A stretch of 64,000 nucleotides of DNA from Octopus vulgaris (taxonomy: Eukaryota). A program made the translations under genes and the position numbers. The DNA lies in the NCBI GenBank assembly GCA_951406725.2, contig OX597817.1, positions 106,082,001 through 106,146,000 of the forward strand, given 5' to 3'. Below the pieces are notes generated by a model, which was not told the origin of the DNA, searched no databases, and worked only from the letters and a program-made list of their open reading frames with translations. The number at the start of each line of letters is the position of its first letter. The first letter of the stretch is position 1. Below are positions 52,931 through 64,000 of this stretch, one piece after another.

Positions 52931-53849
52931 TAGAATTAATTGAATTCAGCACAAAAAATGCTATAAGATATTTTCCTTTTTTGGATATCATATTTTTTTT
53001 TTTGCTTATATTCCCCAGTATTATCTCTCATCCTACAACCCCATCCTATCTTACAGGGTTAGTAGTACAAGTAATGAACCCCTCTAAAGTTGTTGTTCTT
53101 TAGTCTTGTGTTAAACTTAATCAACCAGTCATATGATCAAATATTTTCTAACTTTAATCATCCCATCTTTTTTTCTAGATAATAAGTATTTAGGACTGCT
53201 TTTTCTTTTTCAAAATTTTAATAGCATATGATGTGAGTTAAGGGAGATTTGGTTGTTATTTCTAGCAACTCGAGCATACCACATAATGGGTGTGTTTGTC
53301 TCTGAGTCCTCACCTTCAGCAGTTTCAACAGACTCTTCATATATGTTGGCACAGAGGTTGAGTCCTGCATCATCTTGAGCCCCCTGCACCATTTAGTATT
53401 ATCACCAACCCACATCCAAAGTAGCATTGAAGAATGTTCAGGGAGCTTGAGCACATAACATTTTTCTTCTTCTTATCAAATTCTCTTCTTTTAGTAAAAA
53501 ATATATTTTAATAGAATATACTTTACTTGTACCGTTTTTCAGCTGTTGATTCTGCTATTGCTAAATCAATATGCAAGTCCAACTCTGTGCAGTCAACAAT
53601 GTGCAAATACTAAAATTAATATATTTTTAAATTAATAAACAAATTATTAAACAACATAATGCATAAATATATATCATTCTCACAATAAAGGAAATGTTAT
53701 ATTTTTCCCAATAACATCAATTTATCAATACCTCAGAATGTGTTGAGGAAACTATGTATCTGACAAACAATAAAAACAAGTTCTAAGGTCAAAAGTGTAT
53801 ATCTAATATATGAAGATTGAGCAAAGTGAGAAAAATCATTGAAATATAG

Positions 53850-54243
53850 TTATACTTGTAACTAAATTCAATGATTTCGCTCATATTCATATTGACAGAG
53901 AGATAAGGAACTGCATACTTTAGCATGCTGCAATATAGCCTTATTGAAATGGATGCCCACAATGAATAAGGAAAAAGAGTTGGATGATTTTATATGGGAG
54001 GCTGAGAAGTGAATCCAAATGAGTCACATTTGGAATTGCAAACAAGTGAGGAAGAAGTTGGAGAACGTAAATATGGAAGAATAAGAGAAGACACAAGGAG
54101 AATTTTTACTTGGATTTACAACATTAAATGACAGAAAAGAAACTGGCATATCAAAGACTGAAGCAGAGAGATATGCAAACAAAGAGAGAAATATATAGAA
54201 AACTGAAACAATTCTAAGTAGAGAAGAGGATGCATTACGGTGT

Positions 54244-54292
<49 letters not shown>

Positions 54293-55070
54293 TTAGCATC
54301 TGTTTTTCATGCTGGCATGGGTAAGATGGTTTGACTGGAGCTGGTAAGCTGAAGAATTGCACAGGGCATCAGTCTGGACACTCTTGCTAACACCAGTCAC
54401 TTCACAGAGTGTACTGGGTGTCTCTTACATGTCACTGGCATAGGTGCCTTTTAAGTGTCACCAGTACAGATGCCATATACGTGTCACTTGCATGGTTGTC
54501 TTTTTTTGTGTCACTGGTACCTTTTGTGTATCACCAGCACTGGCCACAGCTACAATTTCCCTTAGCTTGGTGTGTCTTCTCAAGCACAGCAAATCACCAA
54601 AGGTCTCAGTTTTGGATATCATATTTTATCATCAGTTATTTATCATCACCTCCATAAGACTCAACATCCAAAGATGTAAACCAAATAACCAAATTGATAT
54701 GGTGCTAAAGAAGAGGATAACAAACTTTTGACACAATTGAAGGTATTTCGCTCATCCTACCTTACTGTTAGAATATAATTTCAAGATCCATCTTCGATTA
54801 TATCAAGAAAAATGATACCTACCTCGGCTTCCAAATTATGTATAAATTGCTGAAAATGTATTCAACACTTCCAGTAATAACTGCAAATGTAGAGCACTTC
54901 TATTCCAAACTTGAGTTAATTATGCATAAACTGTGGAGCCTATGTGAGAAAGAGAGGCTTGCTAATCTCATGTTGCTTAATATTGAGAGAAAGACATCCC
55001 TGCAGATAATGAAGTGATAAAGATTTTTAAGAACTGGCCGAGAGGAGAATGCTATTATGATTTATTAAAG
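53850..55070 (+). mobile_element. hAT transposase remnant (C-terminal dimerisation domain), interrupted by an RTE 3'UTR (54247-54670)
   Basis: KLLKMYSTLPVITANVEHFYSKLELI...ERLANLMLLNIE matches the hATC pattern TLPVTTAxxERSFSKL...ERLxxLxLLxIE. Confidence 0.72.
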
Positions 55071-55534
55071 AATGTTGGCTTCCTTGTTCTTTAGTAGATT
55101 AAGAACATAATTTTTGTTCTTGTATTTTCCTGATAAGGATCAATATTTTTCTATTACTACTTAAGAGCTGTGGTGATCATATTAAATAGCCCACAGTATA
55201 TTTCTATAAATCTTTAATATGTAGTTTCATATTATTTCATATTTAAATATATATGCAACAGTATTCTGTAATCTATATGATAAGCAAGATAAAAGTCAAT
55301 ATAAGAAAAACTGAATAATAATTGTAAATTAGACTCCAATATTTCAATATCTTCATATCTTTTGAAAATTTTACAATAAAAAAAATAACTTTTTTTCATA
55401 ACAAATTTCCATTTATTTTATTTAATCAGCTTTAAATATAAAAATAATGGAATTTAAGAATATTTAATGGAATTCCAGAATATTTATCAAATATGTTAGC
55501 ATTTTCCTTTATATGTATATATATTACATAGCAA

Positions 55535-55856
55535 ATGAAGACATGTGGCTTAGTGGTTAAGGTGTTCAGATTATGATCATAAGGTCATAAGTTCAATTCC
55601 CAGTGATGCATTGTGTCCTTGAGCAAGACACTTTATTTCACATTGTTTCAGTCCACTTAGCTGGCAAAAATGAGTAGCACCTGTATTTCAAAGGGCCAGC
55701 CTTGTCATACTCTGCCATGCCAAATCTCCCTGAAAACTATGCTAAGGGTACATGTGTCTGTGGAGTGCTCAGCTATATGCACATTAACTTCATGAGCAGG
55801 CTGTTCCATTGATCAGATCAACTGGATCCCTCATTGTTGTAACTGACAGAATGCCA
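55535..55856 (+). mobile_element. SINE family S2, full length
   Basis: Homologous to 19598-19921. Confidence 0.88.
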
Positions 55857-55874
55857 GTTTAGTATTATATAGCA

Positions 55875-56542
55875 CAAGCAAAATGACCCCCGTCCAATGG
55901 ACGGTGCTGAGTTGTCAAACATTTAAACCAAATTTTCTCATAACAACTTGTCCGACCGTCCCATAGGCCTCCCCTTTGAGAAACACTGATTTAACCTAAA
56001 TTTGAGACACCAGCAAAAGAAGAAATAAAGATAGACTTTTTTCTATTCCAAAGAAAAACGATTTTATTCACACAAATATGCAACTGAAGAGTTTAAAGTA
56101 TACCAGCAATGATAAGGCTGTTGACTGTGAGAACACAAACATGGTTTAAACAGTAAGCTTGGCAGGAAAGAAACGTGCCTTTAAGCAGTACAAAAACAAC
56201 AAAAAATGGAAGGTGCAGTTATGTACAGGTTGACGGAAGAAAAGCAGGACAAAAACAATGCATGCAAATGGGTTAGCTGGAGGTAAATCTAGATGGAAAA
56301 GCATGATGAATTTATGAGAACGTATTGATTGCAACAGCTGATGTACTTGCGCTTACAAATGCATGTTCCCACGGCTTTATCGATCGCATTCTCACCCGGA
56401 ATCGATTTTTGTAATTTTTTCAAGACTTATACACACCCTGATACCATCGGTATCTACATATTAAATTTGAGCACAATCAGGTGGAGGATGCCCGAGATCC
56501 TAGAAGACACACACACAGACAAAATGGATTTTATATAATAGA
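55875..56542 (-). mobile_element. non-autonomous Helitron (family of 10208-10597)
   Basis: 5' end TCTATTATATAAAATCC and a perfect 3' hairpin ccgtcc-att-ggacgg. Confidence 0.78.
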
Positions 56543-56920
56543 TATTATATGTATACTTATCATGCTATAATAAGTATACATATAATATATTATATAGTAT
56601 GTATACATATATAACATTATTTTGTATCTTTTACTTGTTTCAGTCGTTCAACTGCAGCCATGCTGGGGCACTGCCTTGAAGGGTTTAGTTAAACAAATCA
56701 ACCCCAATACTTATTTTGTAAGCCTGGTACTTATTCTATTGATTTCTTTTGCTGAACTGATAAGTTATGTGTACTTAAACAAACCAACACCAGTTGTGCG
56801 AGGTAGTGGTGCAAGCACAAATGCACAAACACACACATATATGTATGTATATGTATATATAAATACATACACATATGCACACACACACACACACACACAC
56901 ATACACACACACACACATAT

Positions 56921-57212
56921 ATGGAAACCTGTGGAAGACATGGGATAAAAACTCAACCTTCAAACGTTGAGCCTCATAGAGGCAATGACCAGTGACCGAG
57001 ACCTTTGGAGATATGCTGTGCTTCAGAAGACCTGGCAAGCCAAGTGAGATCGTAGTGAGATCAGCCAGTGTCGCATAACTGGCCCGATTAAAAGTACCCT
57101 TCAATCATCGGGCAGTATACTGTGCTTGTGAAGACCTGCTGAGTCAAGTGATATCATAGTCGTGGCTGATGCCAATGCCACCTGACTGGCATCTGCTCTG
57201 GTGGCACATAAA
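56921..57212 (+). mobile_element. RTE LINE fragment (ORF end plus 3'UTR start)
   Basis: ccttcaaacgttgagcctcatagaggcaatgaccagtgaccgagacctttgg is the reverse complement of 1570-1650. Confidence 0.8.
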
Positions 57213-57729
57213 AATTCTTTCATCAAAACATTCCAGTTATGAGAACCCTATCGTTTTCTCCAGGCACCAATATTCTCTGTTTTGAGGCAGTAGTGAGTAA
57301 TTTGAGGTTGAAAGTGATTTGGTTGGCTGTTAATTCCAGTAGGTTGAGCAAGCTCAACAAGGTTCCCTGGTCAGTTCACTTGGAGGAGGAGGAGGAGGAG
57401 GAGGAGGAGGTGGTAGGTAATGCTCAAAATCTTTCCAATTCCCCCAACATAATTGGTTGATGATGACAATGATGATGATGATGACAATTGATGGATCCTA
57501 GTGTAAATACCATGGCTATCATCTTCTCTTAATGGGTGCACCAGGCCTGAAATTTTGAGGCAGTGGGTATAGTCAATTACATTGAGCCCAGTACTCAACT
57601 GGTACTTAATTAACGACCCCAAGAGGATGAAAGGCAAAGTCAATCTCTGCAGAATTTAAACTCAGAACATAAAGATGGATAACTTAATGTTAAATTAATA
57701 CAAGGCTACTAAGGTTTGCACAGACCATG

Positions 57730-59742
57730 ACTTCTACTCATAACAAAGGTATCAATACATATAGAGAAAGTGTATACTGGGAGGCAAGTGAGATGTTAGT
57801 GTCTGTTTGAGAGTGAAACCTATAATGTAATTATAGAGAGAGCTTGCATTGATGTTGTTATTGTTGTTACTGCATTGTTTGGAAAGGCATCCTTAATTGT
57901 TTGGAAGGTGTCCAAATCCATCCTCACCATCATTAAGTCCTTTGGTACATTGCACGTGCTAGTCCAAGAAGATTTCCCCCCACCTTTTTCAATGTCCTCC
58001 CTTCATGATAAGAGGGCCATCAGTTTTTTGTTGGCCCTCCTTACTGACACAAAGTTAGCTGCCTGTGTCATTGTTTTTTGCTGTTCATGTTGCATGTGTG
58101 GTGTGAGTTTCCTTTTGGGATTTTTTTGTCTGCAGTGGGGTCTTTGGTGTTTGTGGTGGTTTAGATTGTGGTACAGCTGGAGTTGTCTGAGTGTCTGTGT
58201 TTGTTGGTGTAGTTTCTTTGCTATCTTATTTTCGTGCAGGACAAGATGTCTCGCCTCTATGACTTCTTTTTGGTGTTTTGGATTTACTCTGTTCCCCCTC
58301 ATCATCACTTTTCAATGTAGTAGAACCAGTGTCTGTTGCAACTTCCTCTGCTTTGTGTGGAAGTGAATTTGTGTTAGTATGTGTATCTTTTTCTCCGTAT
58401 TTGTTTGTGAGAGGAGATTGGTTATTGAGCTTGGTTACGAGGAGTTGGTTTTCGTGGTTGACCTCTCCAATGGTTTTCCTGCTAGTACTGTTGTTACACC
58501 TGCCACTGCCACCGCCGTTGTTGCTATTTTTGCTGCTTTCCCTGTTGTTGGTGGTGATCTTTCTACAGTTGGTGTTGCTTTTTCTTTTCCCAGCCTTGGC
58601 GTTGATGTCTACAGACCCCTGTACCATTTTGCTGAGAGCAGCATGCTAGTAGGTGTGTTGCTTCACCACAAGCAAAGCAATGAGGCCTTCTGCCCTTGGT
58701 GATCAAGGGTAATTTCATCCCATCCTTGAGGAGGCAAACATGGTCTGAGATGTCCTCCAAGTCTTGTGATTTTATTTGGATTAGCATTTCCAAATCCATT
58801 CCATTCCAGTCTTCTCTTTGCATCCGTTGGACTTTTAGGAGGAGGGTGTCACAGCCCTCCATGATCATGCATCTCACAAGCCACCATATGTTGATACCTG
58901 ATGTTATTCTGGGGACATAACTTTTATTGTTCTTCTGCCCATGTATGACAGGTACATTATAAGCTGGTCAGTTTTACGGGGTCCCACTGAAGGCTTCATG
59001 GCCAGCTCTTCTGCTTTAAAAAGGACTGAGATGGTATCAAAACTTCAGGCCCTTTGAACGAATTCCACATCCTCTCTAATTGATCTCGGTGCTATTTCCA
59101 CCTGAAGATGGCAGGATTGTTCTGCTCTCAGAGACTGCACCGAGATACCTATACTTTGTTATCCTCTTCTCAATTTCTACCTCCACTTCAGCTGGTATTG
59201 CAAAGTTTGCCCAGGTTTTTTCACTTTTAATGAGTTTATGTGCCAGGGCTAACATCTCTTTTTTGTTGGAGATGTCTATTTCATAGTATTTTTGTTGGCA
59301 TTTCGTAGCTGCTGCTGCAAAGATACTTGTCCCACTCTCACGGTTGATGGAGGTGGTGGAATCATTCACATTGTTACTGCTATTGTTACTTCCAAATACA
59401 CCCACCTCTCTGTTGCTAGTGTTGACGTTGGTATTGGTTGTGTTCTAATTTTATCACTGTCCATAGCATCTGTGGTGCTTTTGGAGTCGTTATCAATTTT
59501 GCCCTTGAAATTGTTACTTGTGTCAGTGAAAATTACATTTCTGAGACTTTTCCTGCTGTTACAAACTGGTTTGTTTTGCATTAGAAAGTTATGCCCCCTC
59601 CACGTTATTTTTCATTTATGATCTGGGGACAAAGTCTATTGTCTGATGCTCCTTTTAAACAATAATATCAATGAAGACAGTAGTCTTGATAACAAAAATA
59701 CCTGTCGAGCTTCCACTGACATTCTAGCCTTCCAACCAAAAG

Positions 59743-59745
<3 letters not shown>
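57730..59745 (-). mobile_element. decayed ORF1 (gag-like) of a Tx1/L1-type element
   Basis: KLPLITKGRRPHCFACGEATHLLACC contains a CX2CX4HX4C knuckle, followed by a low-complexity tail. No ORF2 lies downstream. Confidence 0.65.
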
Positions 59746-59802
<57 letters not shown>

Positions 59803-60294
59803 CCTTTCTACTAAAGGCGCAAAACCTAAAATTTGTTGGGAGGGGATTTATCTATTACATCAACACCAGTGTTTCACTGGTACCCCAAAAGGATGAAAGG
59901 TAAAGTCAACCTTGGTGGAATTTAAACTCAGAACATAGCAATGAGCGAAATACTATTAAGCATTTTGTCCAGTGTGCTAATGATTCTGCCAGCTTGCCAC
60001 CTTAATAATAATATTAATAATGTAAAGTAGTTGGTGCTAGAAAGGGCATCCATCTGTAGAAGCCAAACCAAATCAGACTGGAACCTGGTACAGCTCTCCA
60101 ACATACCAGCTCTGGTCAAACTGTCCAACCCATGCCAGCATGGAAAATGGACATTAAAGGATGATGATGAGGAGGAGGAGGAGAGGAGGAAATGAATGAA
60201 ATATCAAATATTTTGGTGTGTGACTTTTGTCTCACCCTGTATTTATTCATTTTGATGTTGATTTTAAAGGATTGCTACTTAATGTTAAATTAAT

Positions 60295-60452
60295 CCTTTC
60301 TACTATAGGCACAAAGCCTGAAATTTGGGAGCAGGGGGGATAGTCAATTACATCAAGCCCAGTACTCAACTGGTACTTAATTTATCAACCCAAAAGGATG
60401 AAAGGCAATGTCAACCTTGGCAGAATTTGAACTCAGAACATAAAGAGGGATA
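60295..60452 (-). mobile_element. 5'-truncated SINE family S3
   Basis: 18-bp TSD acttaatgttaaattaat (60277-60294 and 60453-60470). Confidence 0.85.
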
Positions 60453-60544
60453 ACTTAATGTTAAATTAATACAAGGCTATTAAGTATCGCACAGACTACA
60501 GACCACTTTATTTTATTACCATATAAGAGGGAAAATTAAGATTA

Positions 60545-60935
60545 TCTTTTGTCATTTACTTGTTTCAGACTGTGGCCATGCTGGAGCACTACCTCGAAGA
60601 ATTGTAGCCGAACAAATCAACCCCAACACTCATTTTTTTTAAAGCCTGATACTTACTCTATTGGTCTCTTTTGCCAAACTGCTAAGTTATTGGGACATAA
60701 ACACACCAACACTGATTGTCAAGCAGTGGTGGGGGCAAACACAGACACAAAACACACACACACACACACATACATATATGAGATTGTTTTCTTGTAGTTT
60801 CTGTCTCCCAAATCTACATGCAAGGCTTTGCTTGGCCCAAAGCTATAGTAGATGACACTTGCCCAAGGTTCCACACAGTGAGACTGAACCTGGAAGCATG
60901 TGGGTGAGAAGCAAAATTCTTACCCCACATCCACA
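60545..60935 (-). mobile_element. SINE family S1
   Basis: Homologous to 50595-51015. Confidence 0.82.
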
Positions 60936-61354
60936 CTAGTCAACTATTAGAGAGGGGAGACAGGAAAAAAAAGGGTTTAAAAAACACTGATCTAGAGTTA
61001 AATCATTAATCATATCTTCCCTTGTTTGAGATGATGGATGTTTGATTCAAGGGAGATTTAGCAGTTATTTCTAGCAGGTTAAGTGACCCACAATGATGCA
61101 GGCTCCCTGCTTTAGCAGCTGTAATGACTTGCAAAAGTGAATATGATTACTATGAAAGTGTTAACATGAATCTAAACAATAGACTGTATTTAATCAGCTT
61201 AAAATGCTCTTCCTCTTGGAGATTTTCTTCTTCAGTATATTGTAGCTACCTCAAGGTAGATTTTTCTTTCATCTCTTGCATAGAACATGACAACATCATA
61301 CAGACATCAAACAGCGCTTTATATAATACATATAGATGAGAGGAGAGGAGAACG

Positions 61355-61910
61355 GTTGGGTGTATGTATCTGTGTATGACTATAGCATGTTTGTGTGTGT
61401 GTGTGTGTGAGTGTGTGTGTGTGTATGTGCATGTGGTATATATATATACACATATATATGGCCTGTGTGCATGTGTGTGTAATGTGTATGTGTGTGTGCA
61501 GTATGCAAGTGTGACATGCATGTATATGTGTTGTATGAGGTGTATGTAAGGTATGTGTGTGTATCTTGTATGTATGCATATGGTACATGTTAAATATGTA
61601 CAATTATATATGTATGTGTGTATCACATGTGAATGTGACACATATGCACTCATGAGATATCTGTGCATGAGGTATGTGTGTGTAAAGCTTATATATATAT
61701 ATATATATATATATACATACATGTGTCTGCATGTGCGTGTGCATGCATGCATATGAGTGGCATGCGAGTGTGAGATACATGTATGTGTGAGTATATGGGT
61801 GTCAGATTGAGAAGTATAAATGCGGTGTGAGAAGCATGAGTTTAGCACATGTGTGTATGTGATGTATGCATGAGAGTAGGGGACAAGTCTGTGATGTGTG
61901 TGTGTGTGTG

Positions 61911-61955
<45 letters not shown>

Positions 61956-62192
61956 GTGTATTTGTGTGTGTCTGTGAGTAATGTACATGAGAGGCATGTG
62001 AATGTCAGTGGGAGTTGTCTACAAGGAATGCATGTATGAAGATTACATATGTATGTGAAGCATGTGTACATAAGTTTCATTAGTATGTAACGCATGTATC
62101 TGTAAAATATGTTTGAGATGTGTGTATATTTATGTATGAGACACATGCATCTCTGTGTTTCTGAGACACGTGTGTGTATGTGTGTGAATATA
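61355..62192. repeat. long degenerate purine-pyrimidine (GT/AT/GC) low-complexity tract
   Basis: Direct observation. Confidence 0.9.
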
Positions 62193-62307
62193 GTCACTAC
62201 ACCTCTAAGGTTATCTAATCATTGTTAATAAGTACAGAGGAGACTGGTGCAAAATATAAAAGAATGCACTTGCAATAGCTTCTATTTGCAATAAGAAAGC
62301 AAATTTC

Positions 62308-62680
62308 TTTTTAATACAAAGGATTAATGTTTAGATAACAGTATGAAATACATAATACTGCAGTTTAATACTGTATTATCAAAACCTGTCTTACTAATCT
62401 TTGTAATACTATATTTAATATAAAAGATAGGTGTTAGTATTATCAGTATGGAACATGTGATACTGTATTCAATAAAAGATTACTATTATGGTGCCAGTAT
62501 CAGACACATAATGCTATATTTAATGCATTTTTTTTTAAAGACATGAATTATTCTTGCATGTAATGCTGTGTTTAATGTAAAGTATCAGTGTTAAGATACC
62601 AGCATGAAACATAGAATAATGTATTTAATACAAAGGATTAGCGTTAAGATGCCAACATCAAACATGTAATGCTGTATTCT
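62308..62680. repeat. degenerate minisatellite, ~52-55 bp unit
   Basis: Recurrent tatttaatacaaaggatta..gttaagat..ca.catgaaaca..taatgctg. Confidence 0.7.
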
Positions 62681-63834
62681 AATGACATGGATACGGTTAA
62701 GGTTAATAATACTAAAAGTTAAAGAGTGTAATGAGTTTAGTTGAGACAGTGAAGACATAATTAGCCTAAATTGGAATGCTGAGGTTTCATTTTGTAGATT
62801 AAAAATGGCTGAATAGAATGCAAAGAGTGTGATCTGAGAGACAAGTGACAGCTACTTCTAGCTGTTCAAATAACCATACAAAGGCTCTCAGGAAAAATAG
62901 CTCATTTAAAAAGACTGAAAAAGTGTTATCTGGTAATTACTTCATAGATTTTCCAAACAAGACACAGGTGGAAAATTAGCAACTAACCTAAGATCAACAG
63001 AATAAATAATTGATTATAGTTATGGATATGGAGATGACTTCTGCATGGCTCTTAGGTACCCTTAATGGAGTTAACTCTGCTGTCAAAGGATAACTTCCTT
63101 CTTCCTCCCAACAATCTCAGAGACTCTGAAAAAGCTCATGAGTGCTGTCCTTCCTCTCCTCATTAAGAAAAAAAATTAATCTATGTCCAAGGGGAAATTA
63201 AAAGGAAGATATATGATATGATTGTTTTTAATTTAGGCACAGATCCAGTAATTTTGAGGGGAGGGAATATGAAGATACCATCAACCCCAGTACTTGACTG
63301 GTACTTTATTTCTTCAATCTCAGAAGGATGAAAAGCAAAGCAGACCCTGACAAGAATTGAATTCAGAACTTAAAGAGCTAAAAGAAGTACTGCAAATTAT
63401 TTTTTCAATACTCTAATGATTTTGTCAGTTAGCCATTTTTACAAGAGTTGTACAGTATAATGACATTAAATTCTGTTTGATAATAAATCAATTCAAAATG
63501 TTATGGGTCTCAAATTATAGGGATATGCTATAAAAGACCACCAGCAGATATACAAACTTGAATTTTCTATACTTGCTGGATCTGGTGGAAGGAGCAGTGC
63601 TCATAATCTTTTCAGGTTCTTCAAGACCACTGTGCTTGATATCAAATAATATTGTGTTTTTTATAATGTTGTAGCTGAGTGGACTGAAGCAATATGAAGT
63701 AAAGTGTCTTGTCCAAGGACACACTGCACCTTCTGAACTGGGAATCAAACCCACAAATCTTATGATTAAGAAGAGCCTAAGTTGCTTAACCACTGGGCCA
63801 CATATCTTTACTTTAGAAGAGGATTGCAATTAAC

Positions 63835-64000
63835 CTGAACTAAATGTTGTTTGCAGTAGAATTCCTTTCACACTTCCATTTCCTTGTTTGCATAAGCCCT
63901 GAATGCGCTCACCATACAGATTGGTGTTGAGGTCTCTCACCTCATGAGTAGCAGCAGCTGCCTTTGAGGAGGACCAGCAACAGCATATTGCTACTGCAAG
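63835..64000 (-). CDS. candidate host coding exon (partial, unknown product)
   Basis: A 55-codon open frame LAVAICCCWSSSKAAAATHEVRDLNTNLYGERIQGLCKQGNGSVKGILLQTTFSS ends at CAG|GTTAAT. The sequence is non-repetitive and higher in GC. Confidence 0.3.

Noticed and set aside
53210-53610. Minus-strand coding exons (ORFs 53210-53392 and 53218-53454)
   Set aside because: No consistent frame across the plausible splice sites and no recognisable domain.
62308-62680. Regularly spaced repeats as a CRISPR-like array
   Set aside because: The units are contiguous and degenerate with no unique spacers, the context is eukaryotic, and there are no cas genes.

Overview
This is AT-rich eukaryotic DNA, not prokaryotic. 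It is most likely intronic or intergenic DNA from a coleoid cephalopod (Octopus-like); this is inferred from the SINE families, RTE 3'UTRs and very high microsatellite load. No intact host protein-coding gene can be supported. Almost all ORF-track entries are microsatellite translations or fragments of decayed transposons: mariner/Tc1, piggyBac and mariner MITEs, hAT, Chapaev3, Helitrons, RTE, CR1, Tx1, R4/Dong, CRE, Penelope-like elements (PLEs) and three tRNA-SINE families. The notable signal is a dense set of hammerhead-ribozyme (HHR) motifs, about 9 motifs from about 6 unrelated repeat families. One PLE family carries a tRNA-like Pol III head directly after its GIY-YIG ORF. Short non-autonomous copies of that family begin at this head (tRNA head, (AAT)n, HHR, PLE tail), and one copy is folded into a ~680-bp palindrome. 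These look like PLE-mobilised, ribozyme-bearing SINEs. A possible minus-strand coding exon lies at the right edge of the window. Repeat boundaries were read by eye and are approximate unless TSDs or termini are cited.
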